Shown here: piece by piece, positions 35,806 to 48,416 of the stretch
Numbering within the stretch: the stretch's first letter is position 1
Layout of the letters: the number at the start of each line of letters is the position of its first letter
Assembly (NCBI GenBank): GCA_003693705.1
Contig: RBZT01000313.1
Span: forward strand, 70,000-133,999
DNA length: 64,000 nt
DNA from: Polymyxa betae A26-41
Taxonomy: Eukaryota; Protista; Endomyxa: Phytomyxea
Direction of reading: 5' to 3'
Notes under the pieces: generated by a model
What the model was told of the DNA's origin: nothing
Database searches by the model: none
What the model saw: the letters and a program-made list of their open reading frames with translations, nothing else
Position numbers and translations under genes: made by a program

Positions 35806-38800
35806 TCAACTGGACTCGAAATCAGAGTCACTTTGGCTTAAAAGAGACGACGGTGATGACGAATTCGACCTTGGACAGATGGATGGCTTTGGTCTCTTTC
35901 CTCTGGGCGCTTCTAGATGCATCTTGCTTGACGATTTAGTCCGATTTGGATCCCCATTCCTTTTTTTAAAAGGAGTCACGCCATCATTTGGCCTCTCTTT
36001 CCCGTTGCTATCAAAAGAGCCACCATGCGTCCTCAATTCCTCTCTCACCTTATTCTTAGAGCAATCCTGTGAAAAAAATCGCGGGTTCTTGTTTCTCCTT
36101 CGTGGGCTTAGCTCGATTTCCTCTTGAATTCGCTTTTCAGGCTTGACAAAAACAGTGCAGTCATCATCGTCACCAGTCAAATCCAATACCCCAAGGTTAG
36201 GACGGCACAATTTTGCACGAGAATCGGGATTTGGGTCATGAACAGCTTCAGGAATGGCTTCGCGATAAGCATCAATTGAATAATTGTTTTCACTGAACTG
36301 AAAATCCGAATCCCCCAACTCAGGAAATTCAGATAAATACTGATAATCAGTCGTAGGATCCGCGCCGAGACGCTGATTGTTCTCTATAATTTCTGCATTC
36401 GAGTCATTTCCTGCGCTAACTGAAGCTGGAAGATTCGGCTGGTGACCGATTTCGGAATTGGCTCTTTTAACAAACCCGTTTCCAGCATTAGCAGGTAAAG
36501 GAGCATATTTTGCGTTGATTGCAGCTGTTGTCTTCCTTTCTTTTGAATTCTGGGTGCTTTTCAATTCGCTGTTCTTCAATTTCTTCGATTTTGCATCGGC
36601 CAAAAATGTCACATTAAACGGTGAGGGCACAGGAATATTATTGACCCCATACTTAACATAGGCCTGGCAATGGGGGCTGAGAATTTCTGCACCATTGCGA
36701 AACTTCAATATTCTTACCTGGACACTATATGCATTAGCGACGTAACTAAAGGATAAGTAGCTTCACAAAATTCAGAGTAGGTTAACAGAGACGCTGAACA
36801 TAATCTTACCCCGTAATTATAAGATGAACAATAATTCGTTGGGCATCGTTTTTTGTAAACCGTTTCTTATCTAACTGAGCATGGCTAGGCAGTTTATATT
36901 CAGCCGATCCAATACCACGCCATCCATCGCTCAGCTGCTGCACAGTCATGGCTAAATCTGCCTTTTTGAATTCTTGTAGCATTGCTTTTACTGGAATAGA
37001 AACATCCCGTTTTTCTGATAGATACTGATCCCGAGTACAACTACAACAAATTTTAGCTTTTCCAAGTAGCTCAGACAATAAATGTCGTGTACTTGTCGCA
37101 ATATTGTTGACAACATGACGTCAGCGTTTTCTCGCTGAAATGACGCTCGATTTGGATGTGGCGACAGGTTCTCAAATCTTGGCAATATCTTAACATATCG
37201 ATAAGATGAAGTTCACCTAAAAGAGTTAAAAACATGAAAAGTGACTAGTCTGACAGGTAAATACTGTTATGGCTTTCGACTCCCATAGCGACCAATCTTA
37301 ATGCATCTTGCGGGCTGTAGTACAGAATGCACGCAGCATCTTTTCGATCACGTCCAGCACGGCCTGATTCTTGATAATAACCAGAGAGCGACTAAATATA
37401 AAATTGTTATAATAAACGGCAAAACCCAATCTTGGATCACCTTTGATAAAGATTGATGGATAACGAATCGGACATCAGGCTTTGATACTGCAACGAGTTT
37501 CATGACATAGCAGACACGGAAAGAGTTAATTTACCAACCTCCCATACCGAATGCAATCTAAGCACGAATCAATAAATTGAAACAACTTGAAGTAACAGAG
37601 GTAGCATACGGTAGCGACAACCACTTGGACCTGATTATTCTGCCATAATTCGTAAACGCCATCCTTCACATCACTGTCAAAGCCAGCATGATACGAAGCA
37701 CATGCTACGCCTAGCTCCTGCAGCTGTTCACAGATGGTTTCACAGTCCTGAATAAATTCAATAATCAGATAGGGGAACCAAAAACTTCGAAGGATGCCTT
37801 TTTAGACAGTGCATAGATGATTCCACTTTGGTTGGCAAATCGCCCTGTGATTAAATCTGCTATTTCTTTAATCAAAGCTGCAGCGGAGCTGGGTTTTAGT
37901 CGGACCTGAAGGACATTTAATAAACGGTTAAGGAAAATGCACATTAGACACCTCATAACATAAGTTCGGTCGATCACACGATTGCCTAAACACAACTGTT
38001 CGGGGTGAAAGACTCAAAATCTTCTTTACATCATTGGCAGTGTTTTCATCTACCGAAGATGCCTGTTTAGCTTCCACCAGAAAAATATTGCAAACTTACC
38101 AGCAGTCGCTGTAAGAGCAGTAATTCCTGTGTCAGGGCACAGTTTTCGAATGATTCCAAGCGCCCTAACGATACAATTAGCGACGAATGGATGAACAACA
38201 CAACGTCGACCTGTAATCGGGACGGAAATCGTGACCCCATTGAGAGCAGCAGTCTAGTAAATGTTAGATGCAGTCATTTAACGCATAGCATTTTAACGAA
38301 ACGCACGAGCTTCGTCGATAGCGACCCGTGACAGTTTGCCGCTGGCAGAAATTTTCGATAATGTACTTTGCAAGCGCTTCGATTTTGATAACAGCTCAGG
38401 AGAGACGTAAAGCAGCGAAAGCGCCCCCTGATCAGTTCAGCATTGCAAAAGTGCCATTATGTATCACATACAGCAACAATGTCAGCATAAATGCTTTCGA
38501 CAACATTAGAAGGCGTATCTTTTGTCATTTTGGCTGCACGGATTCGTAGTTGCTGCAATTGCGTCACCTTTAAGAACTTCAGCGCATCTGCAAACAGGCA
38601 CAGCCTTGTTTTACCTGATCATGCATAAGAGCAACAAGAGGAGATATGACGAGTGTGAGCCGGCCTTGACTGATCAAGGCAGGTAATTGAAAGCAAAGGC
38701 TCTTCCCACTGCCTGCAGGGAGAAATACCATGCAATCGTTTCCAGACAGAGCACAATCACAGATCTCTTTTTGCATTGGTCTCCAGCAGGAAATACCGAA

Positions 38801-39128
38801 AACGTTCGTTCTCAGCTGGTCAAGCATTTCTGACCAGGCATACGTAGCCGATGAGCTTTGCTGCCCTATAAACTGTTCGGTAACCAGTTGCTGTTGACGA
38901 GTCTGCTCTGCTCTGTCAATCTCGTGCAGAATATCTGATAAGTAATGCATTCAACGAGGCAAGATTTATTTTCTGCTTCTGAAAGCAACCTTGAATCTCG
39001 GCGACACGTCTCTGGCGAATCTCGATTTCCTCCGTCAGCAAGGTCAGTTCGACAACGAGCGCATCGCGGTCGTAATGTCGCCTCTGCCGGTTGTCATCGC
39101 TCGTCAAGTCGATGGCCTGATTGACCAT
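35806..39128 (-). CDS. RecQ-family DNA helicase (RECQ1-like), multi-exon
   Basis: [87 protein letters not shown]. Confidence 0.95.
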
Positions 39129-39385
39129 GACAGCATAAGGTTCGATTTTAATGATACTGCGTCCTTTCACTGCGCTGGTTCCGAATTCAACATAAAGACG
39201 TTTAGTGCTAGGTAATAGCAGTACCAGGCAGATTGTTTGTATGATTACTAATGCAGACTGTGCAGTTGACGTCATTGTGAGATTGTGTGCCTGTAGCTGA
39301 CGTGGATTGTAACGTTTACCTGCTGCCTTTTCTCAGTGTTGAGGGGCGCGACAGTTGTCCCAAAGCTCTATTCATTTCGCCCTGA
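39129..39385. promoter_or_regulatory. Bidirectional promoter region (RecQ / SEC3) with a CRE-like palindrome
   Basis: 257-bp head-to-head gap containing TGACGTCA at 39267-39274 and a second TGACGT near 39298. Confidence 0.4.
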
Positions 39386-42064
39386 ATGGAGACTGTCTCT
39401 CCCGGCAGACACGACAATGGCGAAGACGAAACTCTTCAAAATGATCTGCCAGTGATATCAGTTGACGATGCCGCTGATATACGACGATACCTGAAACAGC
39501 ATCGCCTTCAGGTCTCAGAGATTCATTTGTTGGAAGGTGGGTTTGTATGTCAACGTATTTTTGCGAAAGCAGCTTGGCGAATTAAGCAGAATAGGCTTAC
39601 TGCTAGCTCAGCTGGAAGAGATTGACAATGAGAATACAAGGACTTTGTGTTCTGATGAAATAGCAGCCCAGTCATTGAGCAATGATATCACTAAAGTGCA
39701 AGAGGCGGCTGGTCGGATGGGCGAATGGCTTAGGCACCATGATAGGCAACTTCACCGAATGAAGGTATGGTAAGGTCAGACATTTGAATCAAGATTATGA
39801 CGCTTTCAAGGTTGGAATAAGTCAAATTGAGCATCGAAATCGTCTGTTAGATCTTCAAGAGAGAAATCATACACTTCTAGCGGATACGTTACAGCACATT
39901 TTGGATGATTTGAAATTAGGTGGTTACTGTGAATTTTTATATTGCTTGATCTGAAGATCTTTAGACGATGATGTAATTCAGGAGCTGAAGTCACCTTCAA
40001 TTTTATCATCAGTGACAAATTTCTCTGCTTTTACTAAATCCGTTTCAGCAGCTAACGAACTCAATTCTGTTCTCCAAAAACGGTTCCTGAACGGACTGGA
40101 GAACCTTGCATCTGTCCGCGAGAAACGCCAGGAATTTGAATCTGTAAGCCCATGCAGTTGCTTCGTCTGTTCTCATTTACCGATTCGATCGCTTTCAGAT
40201 CCGCAAGGTCTTCTGCGAGCAAGTTATTAAATTTTTTTCTAATCTGTTCCAATCGGAATCGAAAAGATTGTTTGATCCGACATTAAGCATGCCAGAAACT
40301 GCATTGCCTGAAAATGAAAAGTTGCATTTGTCTCTTGGGAAATTTGAAGACCTGACACAAGTGCTTGAGTCTCTTGATAAGGATGCTTTTCTGTCACTTC
40401 GTCAAGCCTATACTAGACAGATTTCAACATGCTATTCAACGTATTTCTCCTTATTTTTCCAAACGCAAAAGAAAAACATCGTTAAGGAGAAACGGGACAA
40501 TTCGCTTAGTGCAATGCCTGCTGCTACTGAACCCACAGTTGCTCTAAATAGAGGGGGATCTTCGAGGTAGGCTCTTTCAGTTTCCAAATTGCTCTCCTGT
40601 TGATGCTGTTCAGATCGGTAGTCAGAGACACCAAGCGAGTTATTACGGCTGTTTTTGAATCGGCTCTTGAGCAAGCCTTACCTATTCTTGGTAAGCGAAT
40701 TGCGTCCATCAAATGTGTCATTCAGCTTGGTTTAGTATCTGAGCAAGAGTTCTGTCTTGACTTTTTCGGACTCAAAATTAAAGGCGATAATCCCTCCAGT
40801 ACGGTCAATGAGGAAGAGGTTATGCAAGTTGCGCTGCTTTTGGCAAACTGTTAAATGCTTTCAGATCGAGCGCATGAATCAAGCCAGCATCACTGAAATG
40901 ATGAAACAGTTATTTAAAGGGCTGGAAGAAGAGTTTATTGGATTGGCTGATAAAGGGGATGAGATGGACCATTTGTACAGGTCAGTAAAGCATTTCGTAA
41001 CTCTGGTGACAGCTGATAATCTTTCGAAGCTTAAAAATGTTGGTTAAGATAGAGCAACTGCAACAGCAATATGCCACAAGCTGTCAGTACGCCGAAGCCA
41101 TGCTTTCACAGCTTCGAACTCAAACCAAAGTGCTATTTGAAGAGTTTACAAAAGAGCAACTTGCTTGGATTGAAAATCTGAAGGTTTCATTGTCGTATCA
41201 TCTTTTCCTGTTCGAAACTCAATTTACAAAGGTTTCAACAAAACGATGTGGAATTTTGCCACCTTTCGCTCGTCTTCCTGCATTCATCGAAAGGATGGAG
41301 TCCGCTGCAAGTAGCTACTCCAATCGTTGTGCAACAGTTGACGATACTTATATCAAAATTATCGAGTGTATGGTGAATTGGTTGCCTCAGGTTGGTTTAA
41401 GATGCATTTCGATAAAGTATAACTAATATCGAGCTAGGTTGCTTCGCAAGAACCCAAATACAAAACTTTAGTAATGATGGAAAACTTCCATTTCTTTTGG
41501 CGGACAATGGTCGATCTTTCCATTCCTTGTTTATCAAACTATTCGCGGAAAGCGTTTGATATGTACAAAGAACATCGCGATCTTTATGTGTCTTGGAGCG
41601 TTAAATATGAGTTCTCCAAAGCTTTTGAATTCTTTGAGCTGCTTGAATCAACCTCATCGGGCCTATCTTCAATTCGTGACGTCCCTTTTACCCCGGGATT
41701 GTCGAAACAGGATTTGAGAAATATGGTTAAGACAATCTTGGTGAAAAAGAGGATTCAAAAAGGCGTCAGCTCTATGCTTCAACGGTTAATCAAGCATCTT
41801 GGCGAAAAGCACCCGCTTTTGCCATATGTTTGGACATGCATGAGTGAATTTTTTGTTTCCAGTTTTAAGAAGTTCGAGATTCTTGTCTCTCAGTGTATGT
41901 GGGCTCAATATCTCCAGTTGAAAACTAACAACTCTATAGGTTATCAAGCAGAAGAAATTGGCTTAACGGCTGATGATATTAATTCAGCATTTAGCTCGGG
42001 CAGCGGGGAGGCATTAATTGAAAAGCTTTCTGAATCCGCAGCTTCCAGAAGCATTGTTATGTGA
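39386..42064 (+). CDS. SEC3: Exocyst complex component 1 (Sec3), multi-exon
   Basis: EQLAWIE...KRCGILP...FIERME, VDDTYIKI, MMENFHFF, KHL...LLPYVW match Sec3 C-terminal signatures. Confidence 0.8.
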
Positions 42065-42120
42065 TTATCTACGTACAGGCACAATTATATATTTATTTGG
42101 TTTACATTCTACATAAACAG

Positions 42121-43742
42121 TTAGAGCTCTCGTCTCGGGCGTTGTCTTAATGGAGATACCGATCTTTTGATCCCATGCCCCTTGTTGCTTTCAGAGCAAG
42201 TATCCTCAGTCTCCACTTTTGTCTGCTTTTTCTTTTTCTTGAGGCTCTTGGACTTATCTTTCTTTTTCGATTTTTTCCTCTTCTCTGTTCCGCGTTTGGC
42301 GGCATCCCTCTCTGGAGGGCAGAAAAACAGGTCCTGTTCATCAGCATGTTCTTCTTTCTGAAGAACTACAGGAGTGTGATCGATGGTTTCGGTTGACAAA
42401 CGTATCCTGAATGGTTCACCACGAACAGATACTAAACGTCCCAGCAAAGTCGTACTCTGATATCGAGTTAGCAATTGATGACATCTTTGAAAACAAGGAT
42501 GCTCACGGTTTCATCCGGGAAATCCAGCGTCAGCCTGTCGTAAGCCCAGGCGAAAGAACGCCTGACACGCATAACGCCGAACGAATTGCGACCGATATCA
42601 AGTTCGGGTTCCAGGGGGTTTTCCACCGATAATAAATATGGACGAGCATGATCAACGAAACCTGCCGAAAATCTCAGATAATGTATTTGCTGCATTCACA
42701 ACGCACAACCTCGCTGAGCCTTGCTGTAATACGATCCGCCGTCGCGGACGCTGATTCCGACAACGGCATAATTCAGCGATCTTCCATATAACTCAAAGAA
42801 GGACAACAGAAGAGCACCAAGATTCAAATCACGATGAGACTGCTTCCCTAGCTTTTTCAAACAGCCATATCTGAGGAAGATTCTGTTACTAATCGGACAG
42901 TTTCAAAAACAGTTGGACATACGGATGCATCTGCAGATGGCTAATGATCATCATCTGCAGCAAGAACGATCCCATTCCGCCACAATACGTCTCGTGCATC
43001 TCCCGAAACTGAAGGAAGTATTTCAAGAAGAGAGTCAGCGGCCTGAGCGCCGGCATCTCCTGCTGAAACCTATTCACCAGCTTGCAGGCTTCTAATCCGC
43101 TCTCAACATTGAAGCAGATATCCACAGAGATCCCCGTGATCTTATCTGTGAATTTGACGACTATGAACAGCAACAGCTTAAGCACTGAGACAGACAATGG
43201 AGCTGTAAATATGCTCACTTGGGACACGAGCAGACAAAATCTGTTCGATAAATGAGACGGCATCACGCCTCTGCAATTCTTCTGCAATTTGTCGAAGGCA
43301 TCCCTTCGCGTCATCATCGTCATGAAACACGACAATGTCGAGATCGGATACCGGCAAATAAAGCCGCGTCGCAACCGATCCGAAAACCGATACTTTGGCG
43401 TTCGGTAACAGACTGGTGATTAGATCGCATGTTCGCTTGATCAGTCTCTCGCGTGCATCATGCTCCGCCTAATACGGCTCAATCTCACGAAGAGAGTTTG
43501 AATGGGTGACAAACCGGTGTAGGAGAGAAGTATTCGCAGAAGCGAATCAGCTCTTCGTGGATTTTCTCAGTCAAAGTCAACCCTTTTAAAAACGTGTCCG
43601 AGCATTTCCAGGGATCATCGATAAAAAGACTAGACGCCTCGTCAACCTTTGGTTTTTTCCCGTCAGGTTTATTGTCTTTCCCGGATGACAACGGAATGAA
43701 GTCCTCCAGAAGGAAATCGGCAATGGTCGGTCGGAACTCCAT
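42121..43742 (-). CDS. TRF4: Non-canonical poly(A) polymerase TRF4/PAPD5 (TENT4), multi-exon
   Basis: VFGSVATRLYLPVSDLDIV (GS...DxD), VDICFN, LKYFLQFREMHETYCGGMGSF, NLGALLLSFFELYG, LSVENPLEPELDIGRNSF. Confidence 0.93.
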
Positions 43743-44283
43743 CATCGCTCCCGATTAATAAGTAGAAAGATGCGAAAAGCGCGTTTTGAGGGAAGGCCGA
43801 ATGGACAAAGTAGGAGCCGTTGATGTCGTTGACCGAACCTCGAGCACACTCCGCTATGATCCTGAACGTCGATATTCAAGATGTCAGAAATCCAGGGACA
43901 GAATCGGGCATTCGAAACCCGCGCATTTCGCAGTCCGAAAAAGCCGTGGTTCCAGCATTGTTGTCAGATATCGCGCTAACTGGATTTACGACCTACAGCA
44001 GTCCTTGAAGCGTTGCGCTTGGGATGTCTTTATCACCTGCCATCTCAGCCATAGTGCTCTATAACCAGCACTGGTATCTGATGGCCAATTTGACTATACC
44101 ACGTCAGAGATCCATCTAAGTTTTCGACCCCGTTTTTTATAATGCATCCCAATCTCGATTCAACAACCAAATCAGCAATTAAATAAATCCTCAAAACCTC
44201 GTCGATCTGAAAGCTTAATCCAAAATGTTCATGGATTCAAATTGCCGTAACCATCATAACTTCAATTTCACCGCAAAATATGT

Positions 44284-44430
44284 CCATAATGGACCACAAT
44301 GGAAAAAATTGTGGCGTTCAGAATGGAGGATCATGTTAGATCCGTTATGGTCCATAATGCGTCCCACAAATCCGGCCACAGTTTCATCCCATTATGGACC
44401 ACGATGCACTACCAGAGTAGTCCATTTTGG
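44284..44430. repeat. Array of CCATWATGG-like quasi-palindromes (left)
   Basis: Copies at 44284, 44294, 44342, 44352, 44389, 44399 and 44422. Confidence 0.85.
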
Positions 44431-45910
44431 ATTCACTTTCTGGTGCATTGTTTTGAGCAAAATGGTCGATCATGAGATATCTAAAATTGATTGATTGCCA
44501 AAACAAAATGGGCCTTTAACGAATTACAGAATGTTGCTTAATGTATTATCACTATCTATCAGATTGGCGGATATTTGAGAAATAAAACTTTGTATTATTA
44601 GAAATTACTAGTGCTATACGACTTCTGATTGTATGCTATGTCTACCGAATCCTAGAGTTCAAAAACAGTCGCGTCGGAGGCTCCAGATGCGGACGAGAAC
44701 AAGGACAGAACCGATTTCTTTACTTGTCGGCTGTGACATTGTCTTCTTTCCGAACAACAGCTTTCGCACTGAAACCAATGTCAGCAGCAGTAAATCGGTA
44801 AACAGACCTATGAATATCGAAATTTGGCATCACCCATGGATACCATTTAATCACCAAGGCAGCCTACAAGAGCAGCTTCAGTGAAACAAGTTTGTCCAAA
44901 ATTTCTTCAACTTAACCGCAAAAGTCGAAGAAATTTCATTGATGAGCGTCTTGAAATAGTAACCTATAAAATGATCAGCAGATCTTATTATTCAGTACAA
45001 TACAGTAGTGATAAAAATGACTCCTTCCAACAATAATAACAATTAGGTAGGTAATTTAAGGACATTGAAAAATAAGCCCAATTTGTAACACCAAATTGCA
45101 AATACTTAAACAGTATAAAAAACAGGATAACGATGACTGCTCACAATCTGATTAGGACCCTAACTGATCACAAATCGCAATGATACTCTTTCAGCCTATA
45201 GTTGCAATCCTTGTAAACTGAGCTTTACCTAAACACGCTTTCAATAATGAGTCAGTTATCAATATAAACATACTTTTGGTGACAACTAGAAATCAATCGT
45301 TAGCAATAAAGCTCTTTGAGACCTGTTTATGGCTCAGTTTGATGATGTAAAAAGATCTTAATGCTGAAGGAGGTCCATTTACCGAACATCAGGGCACCTT
45401 CGCCTAGTACTTAACCTCAGCGATGATGAGCACGTCCATCAGTCTGCTTTTCTGTCAATCAAGACATCAGCCAGCCCTTTCGCCGATGCTCCTTCTGTTG
45501 GAGATTAGTCTTAAGTTGCAACTTCAGCGGTGCCGGCACGAGCCACCAGTACCAAAAATGTTTGTTAAATGTGGAACTCTCCCTCCAAGCGTCACGGCAC
45601 GCCAAGGGACACCTGCGACAATCTGCGCTTGGATTGTAATTAAGTTGGCAAACTTGGTTTATCTCGCTTGTCGTCAGTATGTTTCCAGAGTTATCTTATC
45701 CGTCGACATAACCACCTGTTTTTTATTCTGAGGTTGTCTTACAAACAGGAATTTACCCTAGATTTCTTAATCTTAACATATTTATTATTAGGTCCCATCA
45801 TAGAGAATATTTTTGTCACCCCATACAATTATATTGGGAAATTACTGGAAGTTTCAAAAAATCTCTTGGATATAGTAGCATACTTGAAGAGGGAAATATC
45901 ATACTCGACC

Positions 45911-45994
45911 ATGACGGGCATACGGACGCGATTGACTCTTGAGGAGAAACTGGCGGTTATCGCCTCAGATTGCGGCAGCCAACGAACGTATTGA
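45911..45994 (+). pseudogene. Fragment of a pogo/Tigger (CENP-B-type HTH) transposase N-terminus
   Basis: MTGIRTRLTLEEKLAVI...* resembles the R..LTLEEK..(V/I)I start of psq/CENP-B HTH domains; the frame stops after 27 aa. Confidence 0.5.
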
Positions 45995-46060
45995 ACAAAA
46001 AATCGAAGCAGTGTAGTGGGCTTAGATAAGAAAACTAATAAACAACCCATATCGCTGCTT

Positions 46061-46212
46061 TACAGTTCCTCCAAGTAGTGACATAGTATCACTACAAAAT
46101 ATTGCTCCTGCGATGTAGTGACAGGGGGTGTTACTATTAGTATATATGGGAAATATTATTGTGGAAGGGGTGGACGTCACTATTTGAAGGTGTCACTATA
46201 TGGAAAGATAGC
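46061..46212. mobile_element. Small pogo/Tc1-like MITE remnant
   Basis: Begins TA-CAG. cctccaagtagtgac (46068) is inverted relative to gtcactatttgaagg (46176), and a second gtcactata copy follows, as in the doubled binding sites of pogo-type TIRs. Confidence 0.45.
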
Positions 46213-46302
46213 TTTTTTAAAACCTAATCCTTCAGTGTTGTGTGAGAATATGTACAATAAAACTTTGCATTTATAATACCATAAAGAATTATCTGCGATT
46301 GT

Positions 46303-46550
46303 CCATTGTGAACCATAATGGTGATCGATAATGGAGCGACAACCCGATAATTCATGATTTCCATAATGGACCATAAAGGGTTGCGTAAAGACCCATTTTG
46401 GAATTCCATTATGAATTTTATAGATGTTCCATTATGTACCGGTACCATAATGGGACGTGTACTTAAAATTCCCATCATGACCCATAATGGACCACACAGC
46501 AAATCATAAAGGAAATACGCAAACAATTCTCCGCCATGATCCATATATGG
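46303..46550. repeat. Array of CCATWATGG-like quasi-palindromes (right)
   Basis: Copies at 46303, 46313, 46326, 46361, 46371, 46393, 46406, 46429, 46445, 46472, 46482 and 46541. Confidence 0.85.
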
Positions 46551-46799
46551 TTTACTTGCGCGGTGTTAGTATGGTTGGGATACACCTTTATGCGATAATA
46601 ATAACATCACTTTACTGATAGAACAGCAAAAATTGCGCCACGGAGTTTTAGGATTGGATTTTTGTTGTGTCCAAACATTGAAAGGCAACCTGAGAAATGT
46701 CACACAGGTTCTTCATTGAGATAATCAATTAGCATCATTTTGCGATTGCAGTCTAGATCTCCGATTACCCGATTCAGATCGTGGGTGTCATCGCGCCTG

Positions 46800-47831
46800 A
46801 TGACAGCGACTACGGGCTCGCCTCAGGATTCGGACCAGGATGATATCGATCCATTGCATGATAATGGATGGTCAACCTATGAACTTCCCTTACCAGAGTT
46901 CGGAAATCGAATCCCGAGGCCAACGTCATTGACTATGACGACATCCAAAAAATACAGAGAACAAGAACAGATCAATTACAGCGATATGCCTTCAGACCCT
47001 TCGAGACGGATGGAGACCCTTTCATTTCGACATTTTTCACTTTATTGCCAGTGTAGGAGGACTCATCATTCGTTATTTGATGCATAGTAATGAGTATCCT
47101 CATCTAGTTATGAAAGGCTCTATAGATCAGCATAAATGCAGGCGATGTTGGTTTCTGCAAGAGAACTGTAAGGTGTTGCATTCTGCCAACTTTGTGTGAA
47201 TATCGGCAATAGGTATCTGTGATCTGTTTCGTAAAGTCTCAGATTCAGTGTTCTTTCCTCATTCAGTAGTTCTATTGTTGCATTTTAGAGGTTTGCAGGC
47301 TGCCGTCGTCACATCCAATCGAGCATTTATTCTCTTTTAGAACTGAATCGATCATCGAATTCCGGCCGCATTCTTCTTTCAGCCAAATCGAACCGAGCGT
47401 TCGTATTCGGCATGCCAAGGCACGAACAAGCTCTTGTCCGGGCCCTGGAAGAAGATAAACGCCAGACCATCATCTTATGGCCAGGACCGGAGTCCATGAC
47501 TATCGATGAATTGGCGAAAGTTGATGGAATAGATATCAAAGCGCCTTTCCAGATCGTGGCCCTAGATGGAACTTGGTCGAATTCGAGGGCTATGAATAAG
47601 AAGCTACCGAAATCGATCCCCAGGGTGCGCCTCAGCAATAGCCATCGCCAGGAATTCGGCGGCGCTCGGAAACACTCCAATAAGGTGCACATATGCACAG
47701 CTGGCGCTTGCCTGCACGTCCTACGAGAACTCGGCGTTCACAGCGACCAGCTTCACCCGCTGGCCGATGCCATCAACGGCTCGTTTGACAACTACGCCGC
47801 CCAGCTCCGTCGTCAGCGATTGAGGGATTAA
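46800..47831 (+). CDS. DTW-domain tRNA-uridine aminocarboxypropyltransferase (DTWD2/TapT-like), multi-exon
   Basis: Spliced KCRRCWFLQENC/ICDL Cys knuckle, HFRE/LNRSSNSG, IILWPG, VALDGTWSNSRAM, ICTAGA. Confidence 0.88.
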
Positions 47832-48416
47832 AATGATGGAATCAAAAACCTCAGTTTCAGTATGACAGTGACGGTTTATGTTACATGTGACAATGAAGTA
47901 ATCGAGGACTTGTAGTAGCGCGACCCGCTGTTCTTTTTATAGAATCAGATGACCATTGCTCAGTTGGTCTTAACACAACGTCGGCACCAATATATCTGAT
48001 GCGTGACATTTGTATCAGAGCAAAACGCGAGGGGTTAGAGCATAGCATTTGATGGCGTTCAGAATCACAGATGACTCGATGGAATATTTTTATTTTTCAA
48101 GAGTATTCATGCCACGCTTATGTAATTGCAACTTCTCAGAAATTGGCAGTTCATCTCGAAGTTTCATGTTCCGCCAAAGCGGTTTGAACGCCTTCTAGCG
48201 CTGTATTTGTTCGCAATCCTGGTAAGGGTAGGAGGTCCGCGTCTCCGCAAGACAATGGTGCCCGTCGCCATGTTCATTGTAATGTAAACTGCTCAGGTCT
48301 TCGAGGTTCTGTCAGACTTTGACGTCGTGCGTGGATCGTATTGCGCGTCGCCGTTAATGGCTCCACAGGTGACCACTCATCTCAGGCCCCCATTTGTCTA
48401 TCTATATTTCTTCATC

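Larger units (their letters stand above)
44269..46565. mobile_element. Putative non-autonomous DNA transposon with degenerate TIRs (CACCGC...GCGGTG) and subterminal CCATWATGG arrays; CMC/CACTA-like
   Basis: Inverted CACCGC/GCGGTG ends flanked by TT on both sides; about 7 motif copies at 44284-44430 and about 11 at 46303-46550; no intact gene inside. Confidence 0.55.

Noticed and set aside
43786-44064. Small ORF divergent from TRF4
   Set aside because: No recognisable motifs, two competing short frames and only ~60 bp of promoter space; cannot be supported as a gene.
44284-46550. CRISPR-like repeat/spacer array
   Set aside because: Repeats are only ~9 bp, irregularly spaced and degenerate; the context is eukaryotic with no cas genes. 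Subterminal transposon repeats explain them better.
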